From positions 4,030,001 through 4,094,000 of the forward strand of contig UYFQ01000001.1 of assembly GCA_900617105.1 (NCBI GenBank): a stretch of 64,000 nucleotides of DNA, written 5' to 3'. Source of the DNA: Hydrurus foetidus. Its lineage: Eukaryota. This document shows positions 1-10,247 of the stretch, in pieces. The notes under the pieces were generated by a model. That model was given only the letters and a program-made list of their open reading frames with translations, was not told the DNA's origin and ran no database searches. Each line of letters opens with the position of its first letter. The first letter of the stretch is position 1. A program made the position numbers and the translations under genes.

Positions 1-346
1 GTATCACGCCGAGTTTTTCGCGCACGTCTTCAGCGGCTTTGCGGCCGTCTACGTACAACTGAAATTCAATGATGACAACCGCTTGGCCTTCGTAGCTGCG
101 CGACGTCAGGGCGCTAACGCCAGCAATAGAGTTGACGCCTTCTTCAATTTTTTTGGTGACTTCGCTCTCAACGATTTCAGGCGAGGCGCCGGGGTATTCA
201 GCGGTAATCACCACGACTGGCAAGTCAATATTGGGGAACTGGTCAACCTGCATGCGCTGATACGAAAACAGCCCCAGCACCACAATGGCCAGCATCACCA
301 TGGTGGCGAAAACTGGATTTTTTAAGCTGACTTGTGTGAACCACAT
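1..346 (-). CDS. RND efflux permease (AcrB/AcrD/AcrF family), N-terminal part, truncated by window edge
   Basis: Read manually from ATG at 346: MWFTQVSLKNPVFATMVMLAIVVLGLFSYQRMQVDQFPNIDLPVVVITAEYPGASPEIVESEVTKKIEE, a typical AcrB-family N-terminus; lies downstream of the adaptor gene. Confidence 0.9.
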   Translation of the reverse strand, partial: MWFTQVSLKNPVFATMVMLAIVVLGLFSYQRMQVDQFPNIDLPVVVITAEYPGASPEIVESEVTKKIEEGVNSIAGVSALTSRSYEGQAVVIIEFQLYVDGRKAAEDVREKLGVI

Positions 347-414
347 ACTGAATTGCCTGGTAACGAAACGGGTAACTGAACTGGGGCCTGAGCGCGGTAA
401 TTAATCGGTGCCAA

Positions 415-1620
415 TCAAGGCGCTTTGGCGCTCGATGCTGCCGAGGCCGACGCTGACGCTGACGCGCCGCCCACCAACGTGAATCGAACTGGCGTGCCTT
501 CCCGCAACGCGCCTACATTGGCCCGAATAACCTGCGCCCCTTCGGCCAGGCCGGTTACGGCCACCATGGCTTCGCCGTTGGCGCTGCCGCGCGCGCCTAA
601 AACAACGGGTTTAATCACCACGCGGCCGTCTTCAACGGCTTGCACATAGGGCGCGGGTCGGTCGATGCGCACCGCACTTAAAGGCAGCGCCAGCAAGGTT
701 TGTTTAGACAAGCCCAGCACGCCTTGCGCAAACAGGCCCTGGCGCAGCGGCTGCGCGCCAGACGGCGCACTGTTGTCGATGCTCAAGTAAACCAGCACGC
801 CCCGGCTGCCCGCTTGCGCGCTAGGGTTGATGCGCGCAATTTTTGCGGCAATGCTCTGACTCAAACCTTCGACTTGCAATTGCGCGGATTGGCCGACCTG
901 CGCCTGGCTGGCTTCAAGCGCGCTCAGCGTTGCGTCCAGCTCCAGGCGACTCAGGTCCACAATTTCAACGATGCGGGTGTCCACGCTGACGCGTTCGCCG
1001 TTTTGCGCCATGCGCTGGGCAACCTGGCCTGAAATGGGGGCGCGCAAGGCGGCGTCAGCTGCCGATTTGGCGGCAACATCGGTCGCTGATTTCGCGGCGT
1101 TGTAGGTGGACTGCGCTGCATTTAAATTAGCCAGCGAGGTATCAAGCGCAGTTTTTGAAATAAAACCCTGGTCAACGAGTGCCTTGTTGTTGTCAAACTG
1201 GCGCTGGACTACGTCGACCTGCGCTTTGGCCGACTGGGCTTGCTCGCGCGCTTGATTCACGCGCAGTTGCAACTCGCTGGCCTCAACCCGGCCCAGCACT
1301 TGCCCGGCTTCGACCACGTCACCTTCACGCACCAGCAGCCCCTGCAGCTCACCCGGCACGCGGGCTTTAACCACCGCTGAGTTAACCGCGCGCAGCGCAC
1401 CCGACACCGCTACGCCTTGGCTAATTTCTATGGTCTGCGCTTTAACGATGTCAGTCGCCGCCAGCTCCGCTGCGCTTTGATTTTTTTCGGTGGTTTGGGC
1501 ATCGAGCGCTTTTTGCGTGGCTTGCCGAGCCAGCAGAGTTCGCGCGGCAACCATCCCGACCAGCACCACGACTGCCAGTGCAACGACCCATTTAATAACA
1601 GTTTTCTTAGCTAAGCGCAT
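415..1620 (-). CDS. RND efflux periplasmic adaptor (membrane fusion protein)
   Basis: N-terminal TM anchor, lipoyl half-motifs (VKARVPGEL..VREGDVVEAGQVL, LRAPISGQV) and coiled coil; start placed at MRLAKK. Confidence 0.9.
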   Translation of the reverse strand: MRLAKKTVIKWVVALAVVVLVGMVAARTLLARQATQKALDAQTTEKNQSAAELAATDIVKAQTIEISQGVAVSGALRAVNSAVVKARVPGELQGLLVREGDVVEAGQVLGRVEASELQLRVNQAREQAQSAKAQVDVVQRQFDNNKALVDQGFISKTALDTSLANLNAAQSTYNAAKSATDVAAKSAADAALRAPISGQVAQRMAQNGERVSVDTRIVEIVDLSRLELDATLSALEASQAQVGQSAQLQVEGLSQSIAAKIARINPSAQAGSRGVLVYLSIDNSAPSGAQPLRQGLFAQGVLGLSKQTLLALPLSAVRIDRPAPYVQAVEDGRVVIKPVVLGARGSANGEAMVAVTGLAEGAQVIRANVGALREGTPVRFTLVGGASASASASAASSAKAP

Positions 1621-2317
1621 GCGTCGGTGGTCCAGTAAGGTTGTGCTTTTGAGTAGGTTCAGCGGCCAGGCCGCGCAAGATGGTGCCCAGCAGCGTGGCA
1701 ATGTATTTTTTGGGGTCAAGCTCGAACTTGCTGCTGGTGCAAACGCCGTCAGAGTGTTTGGCCAGCATTAAAAAAATCATGGGTGCTACCACGCAGTACA
1801 CCCCGTAGTCGAGGTCCATGGCGCGAAACTCGCCCCGGTCAATGCCGCGCTGCAAAATGCGGCGAATCAGCGTTTGCCCGGGCTCCACCACTTGTTGCTG
1901 GTAAAACAGCGCAATGTCGGGGAAGTTTTTGGCCTCGCTCATCATGAGCTTGGGTATGCCCGATGCCTTGCTGGCGCCCACCGAGTCCCACCAGGAGTGC
2001 ATGCACACACCAATCATGTCGGCGCTGGGGCCGTCAAAGCTGTCAAAGGTGTGGTTCCATTCCTTGAAATGGCTGGAAATGTTTTGTTCCACCACGGCCT
2101 TAAGCAACTCTTCCTTGCTTTGAAAATACAAAAACAAAGTGCCTTTTGAGACGCCAGCCCGCGCCGCGACTTCTTCAGCGCGCGTGGCGGCAAACCCTTT
2201 TTCAACAAACAACTCCAGCGCAGCATCTACCAGTTCACCGGGGCGCGCCTCTTTGCGGCGAACGTGCTTGGCAGCGCTCACCGGGTCGGGGTTACAAAAC
2301 AGTTTGGGGAAGGGCAT
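1607..2317 (-). CDS. TetR/AcrR family transcriptional regulator
   Basis: HTH motif AALELFVEKGFAATRAEEVAARAGVSKGTLFLYFQSKEEL. Confidence 0.93.
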   Translation of the reverse strand: MPFPKLFCNPDPVSAAKHVRRKEARPGELVDAALELFVEKGFAATRAEEVAARAGVSKGTLFLYFQSKEELLKAVVEQNISSHFKEWNHTFDSFDGPSADMIGVCMHSWWDSVGASKASGIPKLMMSEAKNFPDIALFYQQQVVEPGQTLIRRILQRGIDRGEFRAMDLDYGVYCVVAPMIFLMLAKHSDGVCTSSKFELDPKKYIATLLGTILRGLAAEPTQKHNLTGPPTHALS

Positions 2318-2446
2318 ATTACTGACTGACTGGTTAGTAATATAGCCTGTTTAGTGCCCAGTCGTCAATGACGTGCGGCGCGTTGGGCGGCCCTGTGGGG
2401 TAGCTGTTGTGGGCAGGCGTCAGTGGCGGGTTGCGCCGACCATTAC

Positions 2447-2487
2447 GCTATGCAATTAGGAGCTGCTCGCGCCCGTATTTATTGGGC
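2447..2487 (+). repeat. 41-bp bipartite palindromic element, copy 1 (intergenic)
   Basis: gcta tgcaattag gagc tgctcgc gccc gtatttatt gggc. Confidence 0.9.
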
Positions 2488-2553
2488 TAGAGCGCTAAAA
2501 GGCAATGAATTTTGATCAAAAACAACCTGAAATCGACCAAAATCGACCAACAA

Positions 2554-3774
2554 TCAATAAAACGCCTGCAAGCCCGTTTGCGCACGGCCCAAAATCAGCG
2601 CATGCACATCGTGCGTGCCTTCGTAGGTGTTGACGGTTTCTAAATTAATCATGTGGCGAATCACGTGGTATTCATCATGAATGCCATTGCCGCCGTGCAT
2701 GTCGCGCGCCATGCGGGCAATGTCGAGTGCCTTGCCGCAGCTGTTGCGTTTGATGATTGAAATCATCTCGGGCACGTCTTTGCCCTCGTCCATCAAGCGG
2801 CCCACGCGCAGGCAGGCTTGCAGGCCGAGTGCAATTTCAGTTTGCATGTCGGCCAGCTTCTTTTGAATGAGCTGGTTTTGTGCCAGCGGGCGGCCAAACT
2901 GCACGCGGTCCATGGTGTACTGGCGGGCGCGAAACCAGCAGTCTTCAGCCGCGCCCAGCGCGCCCCAGGCAATGCCGTAACGTGCTTTGTTCAGGCAGCC
3001 AAACGGGCCTTTGAGGCCGCTGACGTTGGGCAGCATGTTGCCTTCGGGCACAAAGACGCCGTCCATCACGATTTCTCCCGTGATGCTGGCGCGCAAGCTC
3101 ATCTTGCCTTCGATTTTGGGAGCGGTGAGGCCTTTCATGCCTTTTTCTAATATGAAGCCACGAATCGACTCTTGCCCGCCCGTGTTGCCGTCAGGGTCAG
3201 TCAGTTTGGCCCAAACCACAAACACATCGGCAATCGGTGAATTGGTGATCCACATCTTGGCGCCGTTCATGATGAAGCCGTTCACGCCGTCGACCGTAGT
3301 CGGCTTGGCGCGGCTCAGCATGCTGGCCGGGTCAGAGCCGTGGTTGGGTTCTGTCAAACCAAAGCACCCCACCCATTCGCCTGTGGCCAATTTAGGCAGG
3401 TATTTTTGTTTTTGCGCTTCGCTGCCGTAGGCATTGATCGGGTGCATGACGAGTGACGACTGCACGCTAATCGCACTGCGATAGCCGCTGTCAACCCGCT
3501 CGACTTCACGCGCTATCAAGCCGTAAGCGACATAACTCAAACCAGCGCAGCCGTAGCCTTCGATGCTGGAGCCTAAAAACCCCATCGCGCCGGCTTCATT
3601 CATGATTTCGCGGTCAAACTTTTCATGCCGTGCGGCCATCAGCACGCGGGTTTGAAGTTTGTCTTGGCAAAACTGATGGGCTGCTTCTTGAATCGCGCGC
3701 TCATCATCGCTTAGCTGGTCTTGCAGCATGAAGGGGTCTTCCCAAACGAAGCGCGGTTTAACGTTGGTTTTCAT
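2554..3774 (-). CDS. gcdH: Glutaryl-CoA dehydrogenase-like acyl-CoA dehydrogenase
   Basis: [32 protein letters not shown] and [19 protein letters not shown] motifs. Confidence 0.85.
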   Translation of the reverse strand: MKTNVKPRFVWEDPFMLQDQLSDDERAIQEAAHQFCQDKLQTRVLMAARHEKFDREIMNEAGAMGFLGSSIEGYGCAGLSYVAYGLIAREVERVDSGYRSAISVQSSLVMHPINAYGSEAQKQKYLPKLATGEWVGCFGLTEPNHGSDPASMLSRAKPTTVDGVNGFIMNGAKMWITNSPIADVFVVWAKLTDPDGNTGGQESIRGFILEKGMKGLTAPKIEGKMSLRASITGEIVMDGVFVPEGNMLPNVSGLKGPFGCLNKARYGIAWGALGAAEDCWFRARQYTMDRVQFGRPLAQNQLIQKKLADMQTEIALGLQACLRVGRLMDEGKDVPEMISIIKRNSCGKALDIARMARDMHGGNGIHDEYHVIRHMINLETVNTYEGTHDVHALILGRAQTGLQAFY

Positions 3775-3904
3775 GACAATATCCTTGAACAGTTTCGGCC
3801 AAACGGGCAACACATTGGGCAATATGCTTTAGGCCTAAAGTATATCGGGTTACAGTGGCCAGCCGCGTAATACGCTAGCCTACAACACAAAGGATAATTA
3901 CTCC

Positions 3905-4444
3905 ATGACTCAACTTCAATCCATTACTTTAGGCGGCGGTTGCTTTTGGTGCACCGAGGCCGTATTCGTCAACGTGAGGGGCATTCTTGACGTCGAATCA
4001 GGCTACAGCAACGGCCAGGTGGCGCGGCCCAGTTACGAGGAAGTTTGCAGCGGCCGCACCGGCAGCAATGAAGTTGTGAAGCTTCAGTTTGACCCAGCGC
4101 AAATCAGCCTAGGCCAAATTCTGGAAATCTTCTACGTGATTCACGACCCCACAACGCTCAACCGCCAGGGCAACGACAGCGGCACCCAGTACCGCAGCGG
4201 CATTTACTGGACTGACCCCGCCCACAAAACGATAGCTGACGACATGATTCGCCAAATGAGCCAAGACAAGTTGTTTGGCAAGCCGATCGTGACCGAAGTC
4301 GAGCCGCTGGCCAACTACTGGCCGGCCGAGGAGTATCACCAGGACTATTTTGAAAAGAACCCCAACCAGGGCTATTGCGTGGCGGTGGCGGGGCCCAAAG
4401 TGGCCAAGTTTCGTAAGACATTTACGTCGCTGGTCAAAAACTAA
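3905..4444 (+). CDS. msrA: Peptide-methionine (S)-S-oxide reductase
   Basis: GGGCFWC active site, QGNDSGTQYRSGI, AEEYHQDY. Confidence 0.96.
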   Translation: MTQLQSITLGGGCFWCTEAVFVNVRGILDVESGYSNGQVARPSYEEVCSGRTGSNEVVKLQFDPAQISLGQILEIFYVIHDPTTLNRQGNDSGTQYRSGIYWTDPAHKTIADDMIRQMSQDKLFGKPIVTEVEPLANYWPAEEYHQDYFEKNPNQGYCVAVAGPKVAKFRKTFTSLVKN

Positions 4445-4464
4445 AACCCAAAAGAAAGCAATCG

Positions 4465-5259
4465 ATGGACTTGGGCATTCAAGGCAAGTGGGCACTGGTG
4501 TGCGGCGCCAGCAAAGGTTTGGGGCTGGGCTGCGCCCAAGCGCTGGTCGCTGAAGGAGTCAACGTGCTGATTGTGGCTCGCGGTGCAGATGCATTGCAAG
4601 CTGCTGCTACTGATTTAATAGCTACTCTCGCCCACAATTCTGGCGCCAGTGTGCTATTTGTTGCTGCAGATATCACCACCGTTGAAGGCCGTGCGGCTGT
4701 GTTTGCCGTGCGCGAAGACTTCGACATTGTGGTGACGAACGCGGGCGGCCCGCCACCCGGCGACTTTCGCAGTTGGGACCGCGAGGCGTGGATCAAAGCC
4801 ATTGACGCCAATATGCTGACGCCGATTGAGCTGATCAAGGCAACGGTTGACGGCATGGCAGCGCGCGGCTTTGGCCGCATCATCAACATCACGTCGAGTG
4901 CCGTCAAAGCGCCGATTGATATTTTGGGATTAAGCAACGGCGCGCGCAGCGGGCTGACCGGGTTTGTAGCCGGTGTGTCGCGCAGCGCTTTGGCGGCCAG
5001 AGGCGTGACCATCAACAACTTGCTGCCCGGCGCGTTTGACACCGACCGTTTGAAAACCACCATGAAGGGCGCGGCCGAAAAATCGGGCCAGCTGATAGAG
5101 GCCGTGCTGGATGCGCGCCGCAAAACCATTCCGGCGCAGCGCTTTGGCACGCCCGCTGAGTTCGGCGCGATTTGCGCTTTTTTATGCAGCACGCACGCTG
5201 GCTACATGACCGGGCAAAACGTGCTGGCCGACGGCGGCGCTTTCACCGGCACTTTTTAG
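4465..5259 (+). CDS. SDR family oxidoreductase
   Basis: GASKGLG nucleotide-binding motif, NAGGPPPG, C-terminal GQNVLADGG. Confidence 0.92.
   Translation: MDLGIQGKWALVCGASKGLGLGCAQALVAEGVNVLIVARGADALQAAATDLIATLAHNSGASVLFVAADITTVEGRAAVFAVREDFDIVVTNAGGPPPGDFRSWDREAWIKAIDANMLTPIELIKATVDGMAARGFGRIINITSSAVKAPIDILGLSNGARSGLTGFVAGVSRSALAARGVTINNLLPGAFDTDRLKTTMKGAAEKSGQLIEAVLDARRKTIPAQRFGTPAEFGAICAFLCSTHAGYMTGQNVLADGGAFTGTF
4606..4646 (+). repeat. 41-bp element copy 2 (inside SDR CDS)
   Basis: gcta ctgatttaa tagc tactctc gccc acaattctg gcgc. Confidence 0.75.
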
Positions 5260-5288
5260 GCGCGCTGTTTGCCCCGCCAATTCAAGAA

Positions 5289-6146
5289 ATGAAAGTACCG
5301 CCGCGCCTGCAAAGCCTGATAGAAGAGGGGCTGATTGACAGCGTTTCGCGCCAGCTAATGAGCGGCAAAGAAGCGCAGGTGTACGTGGTTCGGCTCGGTG
5401 AGCACACGTTTTGCGCCAAGGTCTACAAAGAAGCGAACGCCCGCAGTTTCAGGCAAGCGGTGGACTACACCGAAAACCGCAAGGTTAAAAACTCGCGCCA
5501 GGCCAGAGCCATGGCCAAGGGCAGCAAGTTTGGTCGTGAATCACAAGAGGCCGCCTGGCAAAGCGCCGAGGTCGACGCCCTGTACCGCCTGGCGGCAGCA
5601 GGTGTGCGCGTGCCGCAGCCGCATAACTTTTGCGATGGCGTGTTGCTGATGGAACTGGTGGTTGACGCCAACGGCGACGCCGCGCCGCGCCTGAACGACG
5701 TCGCGTTTTCAAAGCCAGACGCGCTTGCACACCATGCCGCGCTGATTGGCGACGTGATTCGCATGCTGTGTGCCGGTGTGGTGCATGGCGACTTGTCTGA
5801 GTTCAATATTTTGCTGGCCGATGTGGGTGGGGCGGCTGTGCCAGTCATCATCGATTTGCCGCAGGCCATAGACGCTGCGGGCAACAACCACGCTGCCCGC
5901 ATGCTGCTGCGCGATGTGGCCAATCTGCGCATCTTTTTTGGACAGTTTGCCCCCGAGTTACTCACCACCCAGTTCGGCGCAGAAATGTGGGACTTGTACC
6001 AGCGCGGACTGCTGCACCCTGACACCGCATTGACCGGACGTTTCGAGCAAAAATCGGCGGCAGTTGATCTGCGTGCGATCATGCGAGAGATTGACGATGC
6101 GCGGGATGAAGAGTCCGCACGACTCGTCAGGATGGCTGCCGCTTGA
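5289..6146 (+). CDS. RIO1-like atypical protein kinase
   Basis: SGKEAQVY, AKVYK, VHGDLSEFNIL and IIDLPQ RIO motifs; start placed at MKVPPRL. Confidence 0.9.
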   Translation: MKVPPRLQSLIEEGLIDSVSRQLMSGKEAQVYVVRLGEHTFCAKVYKEANARSFRQAVDYTENRKVKNSRQARAMAKGSKFGRESQEAAWQSAEVDALYRLAAAGVRVPQPHNFCDGVLLMELVVDANGDAAPRLNDVAFSKPDALAHHAALIGDVIRMLCAGVVHGDLSEFNILLADVGGAAVPVIIDLPQAIDAAGNNHAARMLLRDVANLRIFFGQFAPELLTTQFGAEMWDLYQRGLLHPDTALTGRFEQKSAAVDLRAIMREIDDARDEESARLVRMAAA

Positions 6147-6192
6147 ATGCATGGCCGTTTTATTTGCTGTTTGCTTTTTGCTGCTTTTTTTC

Positions 6193-6233
6193 GCTATTTA
6201 ATTTATAGCTGCTCGCGCCCACATTTATTGGGC
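6193..6233 (+). repeat. 41-bp element copy 3 (intergenic)
   Basis: gcta tttaattta tagc tgctcgc gccc acatttatt gggc. Confidence 0.9.
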
Positions 6234-6287
6234 TATAAACCAATTTAATCACTAAAAACTACTAAAAACTACTTAAAAGTACATAAA

Positions 6288-7283
6288 ATGACCCCACAAA
6301 CCTCCAAAGCCGTTCGCATCAACCAGCACGGCGGGCCTGAAGAAATGCAACTGGTTGACGTGCAAGTCGGCGAGCCCGGCCCGGGCGAAATCCGTATTCG
6401 CCATAAGGCGGTGGGCCTGAACTACATCGACATTTACCAGCGCGCTGGCGTGTATGAACTGCCCATGCCGCTTAGCCTGGGTATGGAAGCGTCTGGGGTA
6501 GTTGAAGCTGTGGGCGAAGGGGTCACGCACTTGGAAGTAGGCGACCGCGCAGCCTACGCCAGCCAGCCACCGGGCAGCTACTGCGAGCTGCGGGTAATGT
6601 CTGCCAAGTGCGTGTGCAAGTTGCCCGACGCCATCACTTTTGAGGTGGGCGCGGCCATGATGCTCAAGGGTTTGACGACGCAATACCTCTTGAGAAAGAC
6701 GCTGCCGCAATCAGGTTTGAAGGCAGGTGACTTTGTGCTGTTTCACGCTGCGGCTGGCGGTGTCGGGCTAATTGCCTGCCAGTGGGCAAGGGAGCTGGGC
6801 TTGCAGTTAATCGGCACCGCAGGCTCTAACGCCAAATGCTCGCTGGCCAAAGCCAACGGAGCGGCGTACACCATCAATTATTCAACCGAAGACTTTGTAG
6901 AGCGGGTTAAAGAAATTACAAGCGGCAAAGGTGTGAGCGTGGTGTATGACTCGGTGGGAAAAGACACGTTTTTAAAATCGCTCGATTGCTTAAGCCCGTT
7001 TGGCCTGCTGGCCAATTTCGGTAATGCGTCTGGCAAAGTCAAACCGCTGGACATTGGCATGCTGGCCGCCAAGGGCTCGCTGTATGTGTCGCGCCCCACG
7101 TTGTTCACGCACATTGCTACCCGTGAGGCAACCCAAGCCATGGCCGATGATTTGTTTGCCATGGTGGCCAGCAGCAAAATCAACATCCCCATCGACCAGA
7201 CTTTTGCATTGGCAGACGTGGCAAACGCCCACCGCGCGCTGGAAGCTCGCACAACCACTGGCTGCACAATTTTGACGCTGTAG
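6288..7283 (+). CDS. qor: NADPH:quinone oxidoreductase (zeta-crystallin/MDR family)
   Basis: GLNYIDIYQRAG, HAAAGGVG, VVYDSVGKDTF, C-terminal TTGCTIL. Confidence 0.88.
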   Translation: MTPQTSKAVRINQHGGPEEMQLVDVQVGEPGPGEIRIRHKAVGLNYIDIYQRAGVYELPMPLSLGMEASGVVEAVGEGVTHLEVGDRAAYASQPPGSYCELRVMSAKCVCKLPDAITFEVGAAMMLKGLTTQYLLRKTLPQSGLKAGDFVLFHAAAGGVGLIACQWARELGLQLIGTAGSNAKCSLAKANGAAYTINYSTEDFVERVKEITSGKGVSVVYDSVGKDTFLKSLDCLSPFGLLANFGNASGKVKPLDIGMLAAKGSLYVSRPTLFTHIATREATQAMADDLFAMVASSKINIPIDQTFALADVANAHRALEARTTTGCTILTL

Positions 7284-7288
7284 TGTTA

Positions 7289-8095
7289 ATGAGTGACTGG
7301 TTGCAAAAAATTCAGGCTGAGGCGAATCAGCCACCAGCCAGGCCCCGGGTGCCGATGTATGCGCAAAACATGCAAGTAGGCTCTGTAGAGCCCGTTTTTA
7401 TGGATAAATTAGCCAATTTAGTCAATAAATACGGGCGCGAACAGTTATTAAAAAAAGAGCATTCGGGCTGGCATTTAGCTGACATTAACGCCGACGTAAG
7501 CGCCAGTTTTAATGAGGTAGCGGGTGTGTTGCGCTACCTGCGTATGGCAGGTGCGTGGCGAGACGAGCAACTCGATGTGCGTGATGCGTCGGGCACACAA
7601 ATCGGCACCATAGAGCGCGGCGTTGTTCGGCAATTGGGCATCGCCACGCTGGCGGTGCATCTGGTCGGTCAAACAACCGATGGCCGATTTTGGGTACAGC
7701 AGCGCGCGCTGAATAAGCCGAACGATCCCGGCAAGTATGACACGCTGATGGGCGGCATGGTTAGCGCGGGCGACACGGTTGAAACCGCTTTGGCGCGTGA
7801 GACTTGGGAGGAAGCAGGGCTGCACATCGCTGACCTGCAAAACCTTCGCTATGGTGGCCGCCAAAGCAACTGCCGCCCGTCAAGCGACGGCGTAGCAGGC
7901 TACATGCAGGAATTTATTGAGTGGTACGTTGCTTTTGTGCCCGATGGCTTAACGCCCAACAATCAAGACGGTGAGGTGGCGCAGTTCGTATTGATGGACA
8001 AGGCGCAGTTACTGGCCGCCATGCAGCGCGGCGAATTTACGCTGGAGGCAGCGTTGATATTCGCTTCGGTTTTAAACCTAATCGACCAGCGCTGA
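7289..8095 (+). CDS. NUDIX hydrolase domain protein
   Basis: Nudix box GGMVSAGDTVETALARETWEEAGL; PNNQDGEV; alternative GTG start at 7283. Confidence 0.88.
   Translation: MSDWLQKIQAEANQPPARPRVPMYAQNMQVGSVEPVFMDKLANLVNKYGREQLLKKEHSGWHLADINADVSASFNEVAGVLRYLRMAGAWRDEQLDVRDASGTQIGTIERGVVRQLGIATLAVHLVGQTTDGRFWVQQRALNKPNDPGKYDTLMGGMVSAGDTVETALARETWEEAGLHIADLQNLRYGGRQSNCRPSSDGVAGYMQEFIEWYVAFVPDGLTPNNQDGEVAQFVLMDKAQLLAAMQRGEFTLEAALIFASVLNLIDQR
7420..7460 (-). repeat. 41-bp element copy 4 (inside NUDIX CDS, antisense)
   Basis: Reverse complement: gctc tttttttaa taac tgttcgc gccc gtatttatt gact. Confidence 0.85.
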
Positions 8096-9730
8096 CTGCC
8101 TCAACCGGTTCGGTGCCAGCGCCCCGGCAGAATCAAGAATAGGGTAGGCAATTGAGCAAATATGCGAGTTGATGCGTTTGAGCTCGCTGATCAAATCAAT
8201 GTGCAGCGAACTGGTCTCTAAACTTTGCACGGTGTTGGCGCTCAAACGGCTTAAATGGGTGGTGGCGTAGGCGCGCTCCAGGTCTCTGAAGCGGGCTTTT
8301 TCTTCCAGCAGCTTTTGGGCATCACGCACGTTGCCGTTTAAAAATACGCTCATGCCCAAGCGCAGGTTGTCTATCAGTCTTTCATGCAGCTCGGTAATTT
8401 CTTGCATGCCGGCTTCTGAAAAATTGCGGCCCGTTTTTATTTTTTTGTCCTCCACGTCAATCAGCACGCGCTCAATGATGTCGCCAATCTGCTCCATGTT
8501 GATGACAAAACTGATGATGTCTGTCCAGCGGCGGGCTTCGTCTTCGGCCAGCGCCTCTCTCGATATTTTGGTCAGGTAATACTTGATGGACGAGTACAGC
8601 GCATCCACGGTGTCGTCGAGTTTGCGCAGCTCTTCAGCCAGCTTCAAATCGTCTTTTTTAATGACTTCCAGCAGGCCGCGCAGCATGGTTTCGACCACAT
8701 CAGCCTGGTGCATGGCTTCCCGCGCCGCGCAAGAAATAGCCAGCGACGGCGTAGCCAATGCGGATGCGTCCAGGTGCTGCGGTCTGCCATGTGCAGCCGA
8801 CCTGACCGGTTTAGGCAACAGCTTTTCAACCCAGCGGGCAATCACCTGCGTCCAGCCAATAAATACGATGCCCACCAGCACATTAAAAGCCAGGTGATAC
8901 AGCACAACGACAGAAGCGGGTTCACCCAAGTAGGGCCGTATGTGGTGCAACCACAGGCCCACCAGCGGTGCTGCAATCAAAACACCCAGCACTTTGAACA
9001 ACAAGTTGCCAAGTGGCACCTGCCGCACCTCAATTGCCGAGCGGCCCGTGGTCAGCACTGCCAGCAGGCCGCTGCCCAAATTAGCACCCAGCACCAAGCC
9101 CAGCGCCACGTCGAGTTGAATCACGTTAGACGCTGCCAGCGTAGCAGTAAGCAGCACGGTAGCCAGGCTTGAATAAGTCATTACCGCTAGCACCGCGCCC
9201 ACGGTAATTTCGAGCAACAAATCGCTGCCGATGGAGGTCAGCAGCACTTTTACCGTGGGTGATTGGGTCAGCACGCCAGTAGAGTCAGTGACCAGCTTGA
9301 GCGCCAGCAGCATCAGGCCGAGCCCAATTAAAATACGCCCGTAACGGCCAAGAGCAAACGTGTCGCGCGAGATAAACAGCACCACGCCAACAAATATAAA
9401 CAGCGGCGACAACCACGACAAATCAAATGAAAACACCACTGCCATCAGGCTGGTGCCAATGTCAGCGCCCAGCATGACAGCCAACGCCAGTGGCAACGTG
9501 ACAATGCCCTGGCCCACAAACGACGACACGATCAGCGCAGTAGCGGTGCTGGATTGCACCAATGCAGTAACGCCAATACCCGAGACTGCTGCGGCAAAGC
9601 GATTGCCGATACTGCGCGACAACACATGCCGTAAATTAGCGCCAAAAACCCGCAAGATGCCGGTGCGCACCAAGTGCGTGCCCCAGACCAGCAAGGCGAT
9701 GGCCGCCAATAAGTTAAGCAGATGCTTCAT
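8078..9730 (-). CDS. Na/Pi cotransporter family protein (YjbB-like) with PhoU-like C-terminus
   Basis: VQSSTAT and YSSLAT repeats, GADIGT/GANLG motifs, many TM segments. Confidence 0.9.
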   Translation of the reverse strand: MKHLLNLLAAIALLVWGTHLVRTGILRVFGANLRHVLSRSIGNRFAAAVSGIGVTALVQSSTATALIVSSFVGQGIVTLPLALAVMLGADIGTSLMAVVFSFDLSWLSPLFIFVGVVLFISRDTFALGRYGRILIGLGLMLLALKLVTDSTGVLTQSPTVKVLLTSIGSDLLLEITVGAVLAVMTYSSLATVLLTATLAASNVIQLDVALGLVLGANLGSGLLAVLTTGRSAIEVRQVPLGNLLFKVLGVLIAAPLVGLWLHHIRPYLGEPASVVVLYHLAFNVLVGIVFIGWTQVIARWVEKLLPKPVRSAAHGRPQHLDASALATPSLAISCAAREAMHQADVVETMLRGLLEVIKKDDLKLAEELRKLDDTVDALYSSIKYYLTKISREALAEDEARRWTDIISFVINMEQIGDIIERVLIDVEDKKIKTGRNFSEAGMQEITELHERLIDNLRLGMSVFLNGNVRDAQKLLEEKARFRDLERAYATTHLSRLSANTVQSLETSSLHIDLISELKRINSHICSIAYPILDSAGALAPNRLRQSALVD

Positions 9731-9746
9731 GTCGACTGTTTTGCGT

Positions 9747-10247
9747 CTAGCGGCTTCGGCGCACTCTTAAAATCTCATCCAGAATCAGGCAGATCGCGCC
9801 GATAGTGATCGCGCTGTCTGCCACGTTAAAGGCTGGAAAGTGCCAGCCAGCCAGATGAAAGTCTAAAAAATCAACAACGTAGCCGTGCAGCGTGCGGTCA
9901 ATCACGTTACCAATGGCGCCGCCCAAGATGCAGCTGAGTGCAAACGAAAACAGCTTTTGACCTGGGTGCGATTTGAGCATCCACACAATAAAAATGGCCG
10001 CAACGATGCCAATGCCGGTAAAAAACCAGCGCTGCCAGCCGCCCGCGCTTGCCAGGAAAGAAAACGCAGCGCCGCTGTTGTGCACCCGTACCACGTTAAA
10101 AAAGCTGGTGACGTAGGTAGCGTCGCCCAACTTGTAGTAGCCCAGTATCAACACCTTGGTGAACTGGTCGGCCAGAACAAGCAACAGCGCCAAACCGAGC
10201 CACGGCAGCAGGGCGCTTGATGTTTTAGAAAAGTTGCTTTTAGCCAT
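9747..10247 (-). CDS. lspA: Lipoprotein signal peptidase II
   Basis: [36 protein letters not shown] overlap with the ileS stop. Confidence 0.96.
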   Translation of the reverse strand: MAKSNFSKTSSALLPWLGLALLLVLADQFTKVLILGYYKLGDATYVTSFFNVVRVHNSGAAFSFLASAGGWQRWFFTGIGIVAAIFIVWMLKSHPGQKLFSFALSCILGGAIGNVIDRTLHGYVVDFLDFHLAGWHFPAFNVADSAITIGAICLILDEILRVRRSR

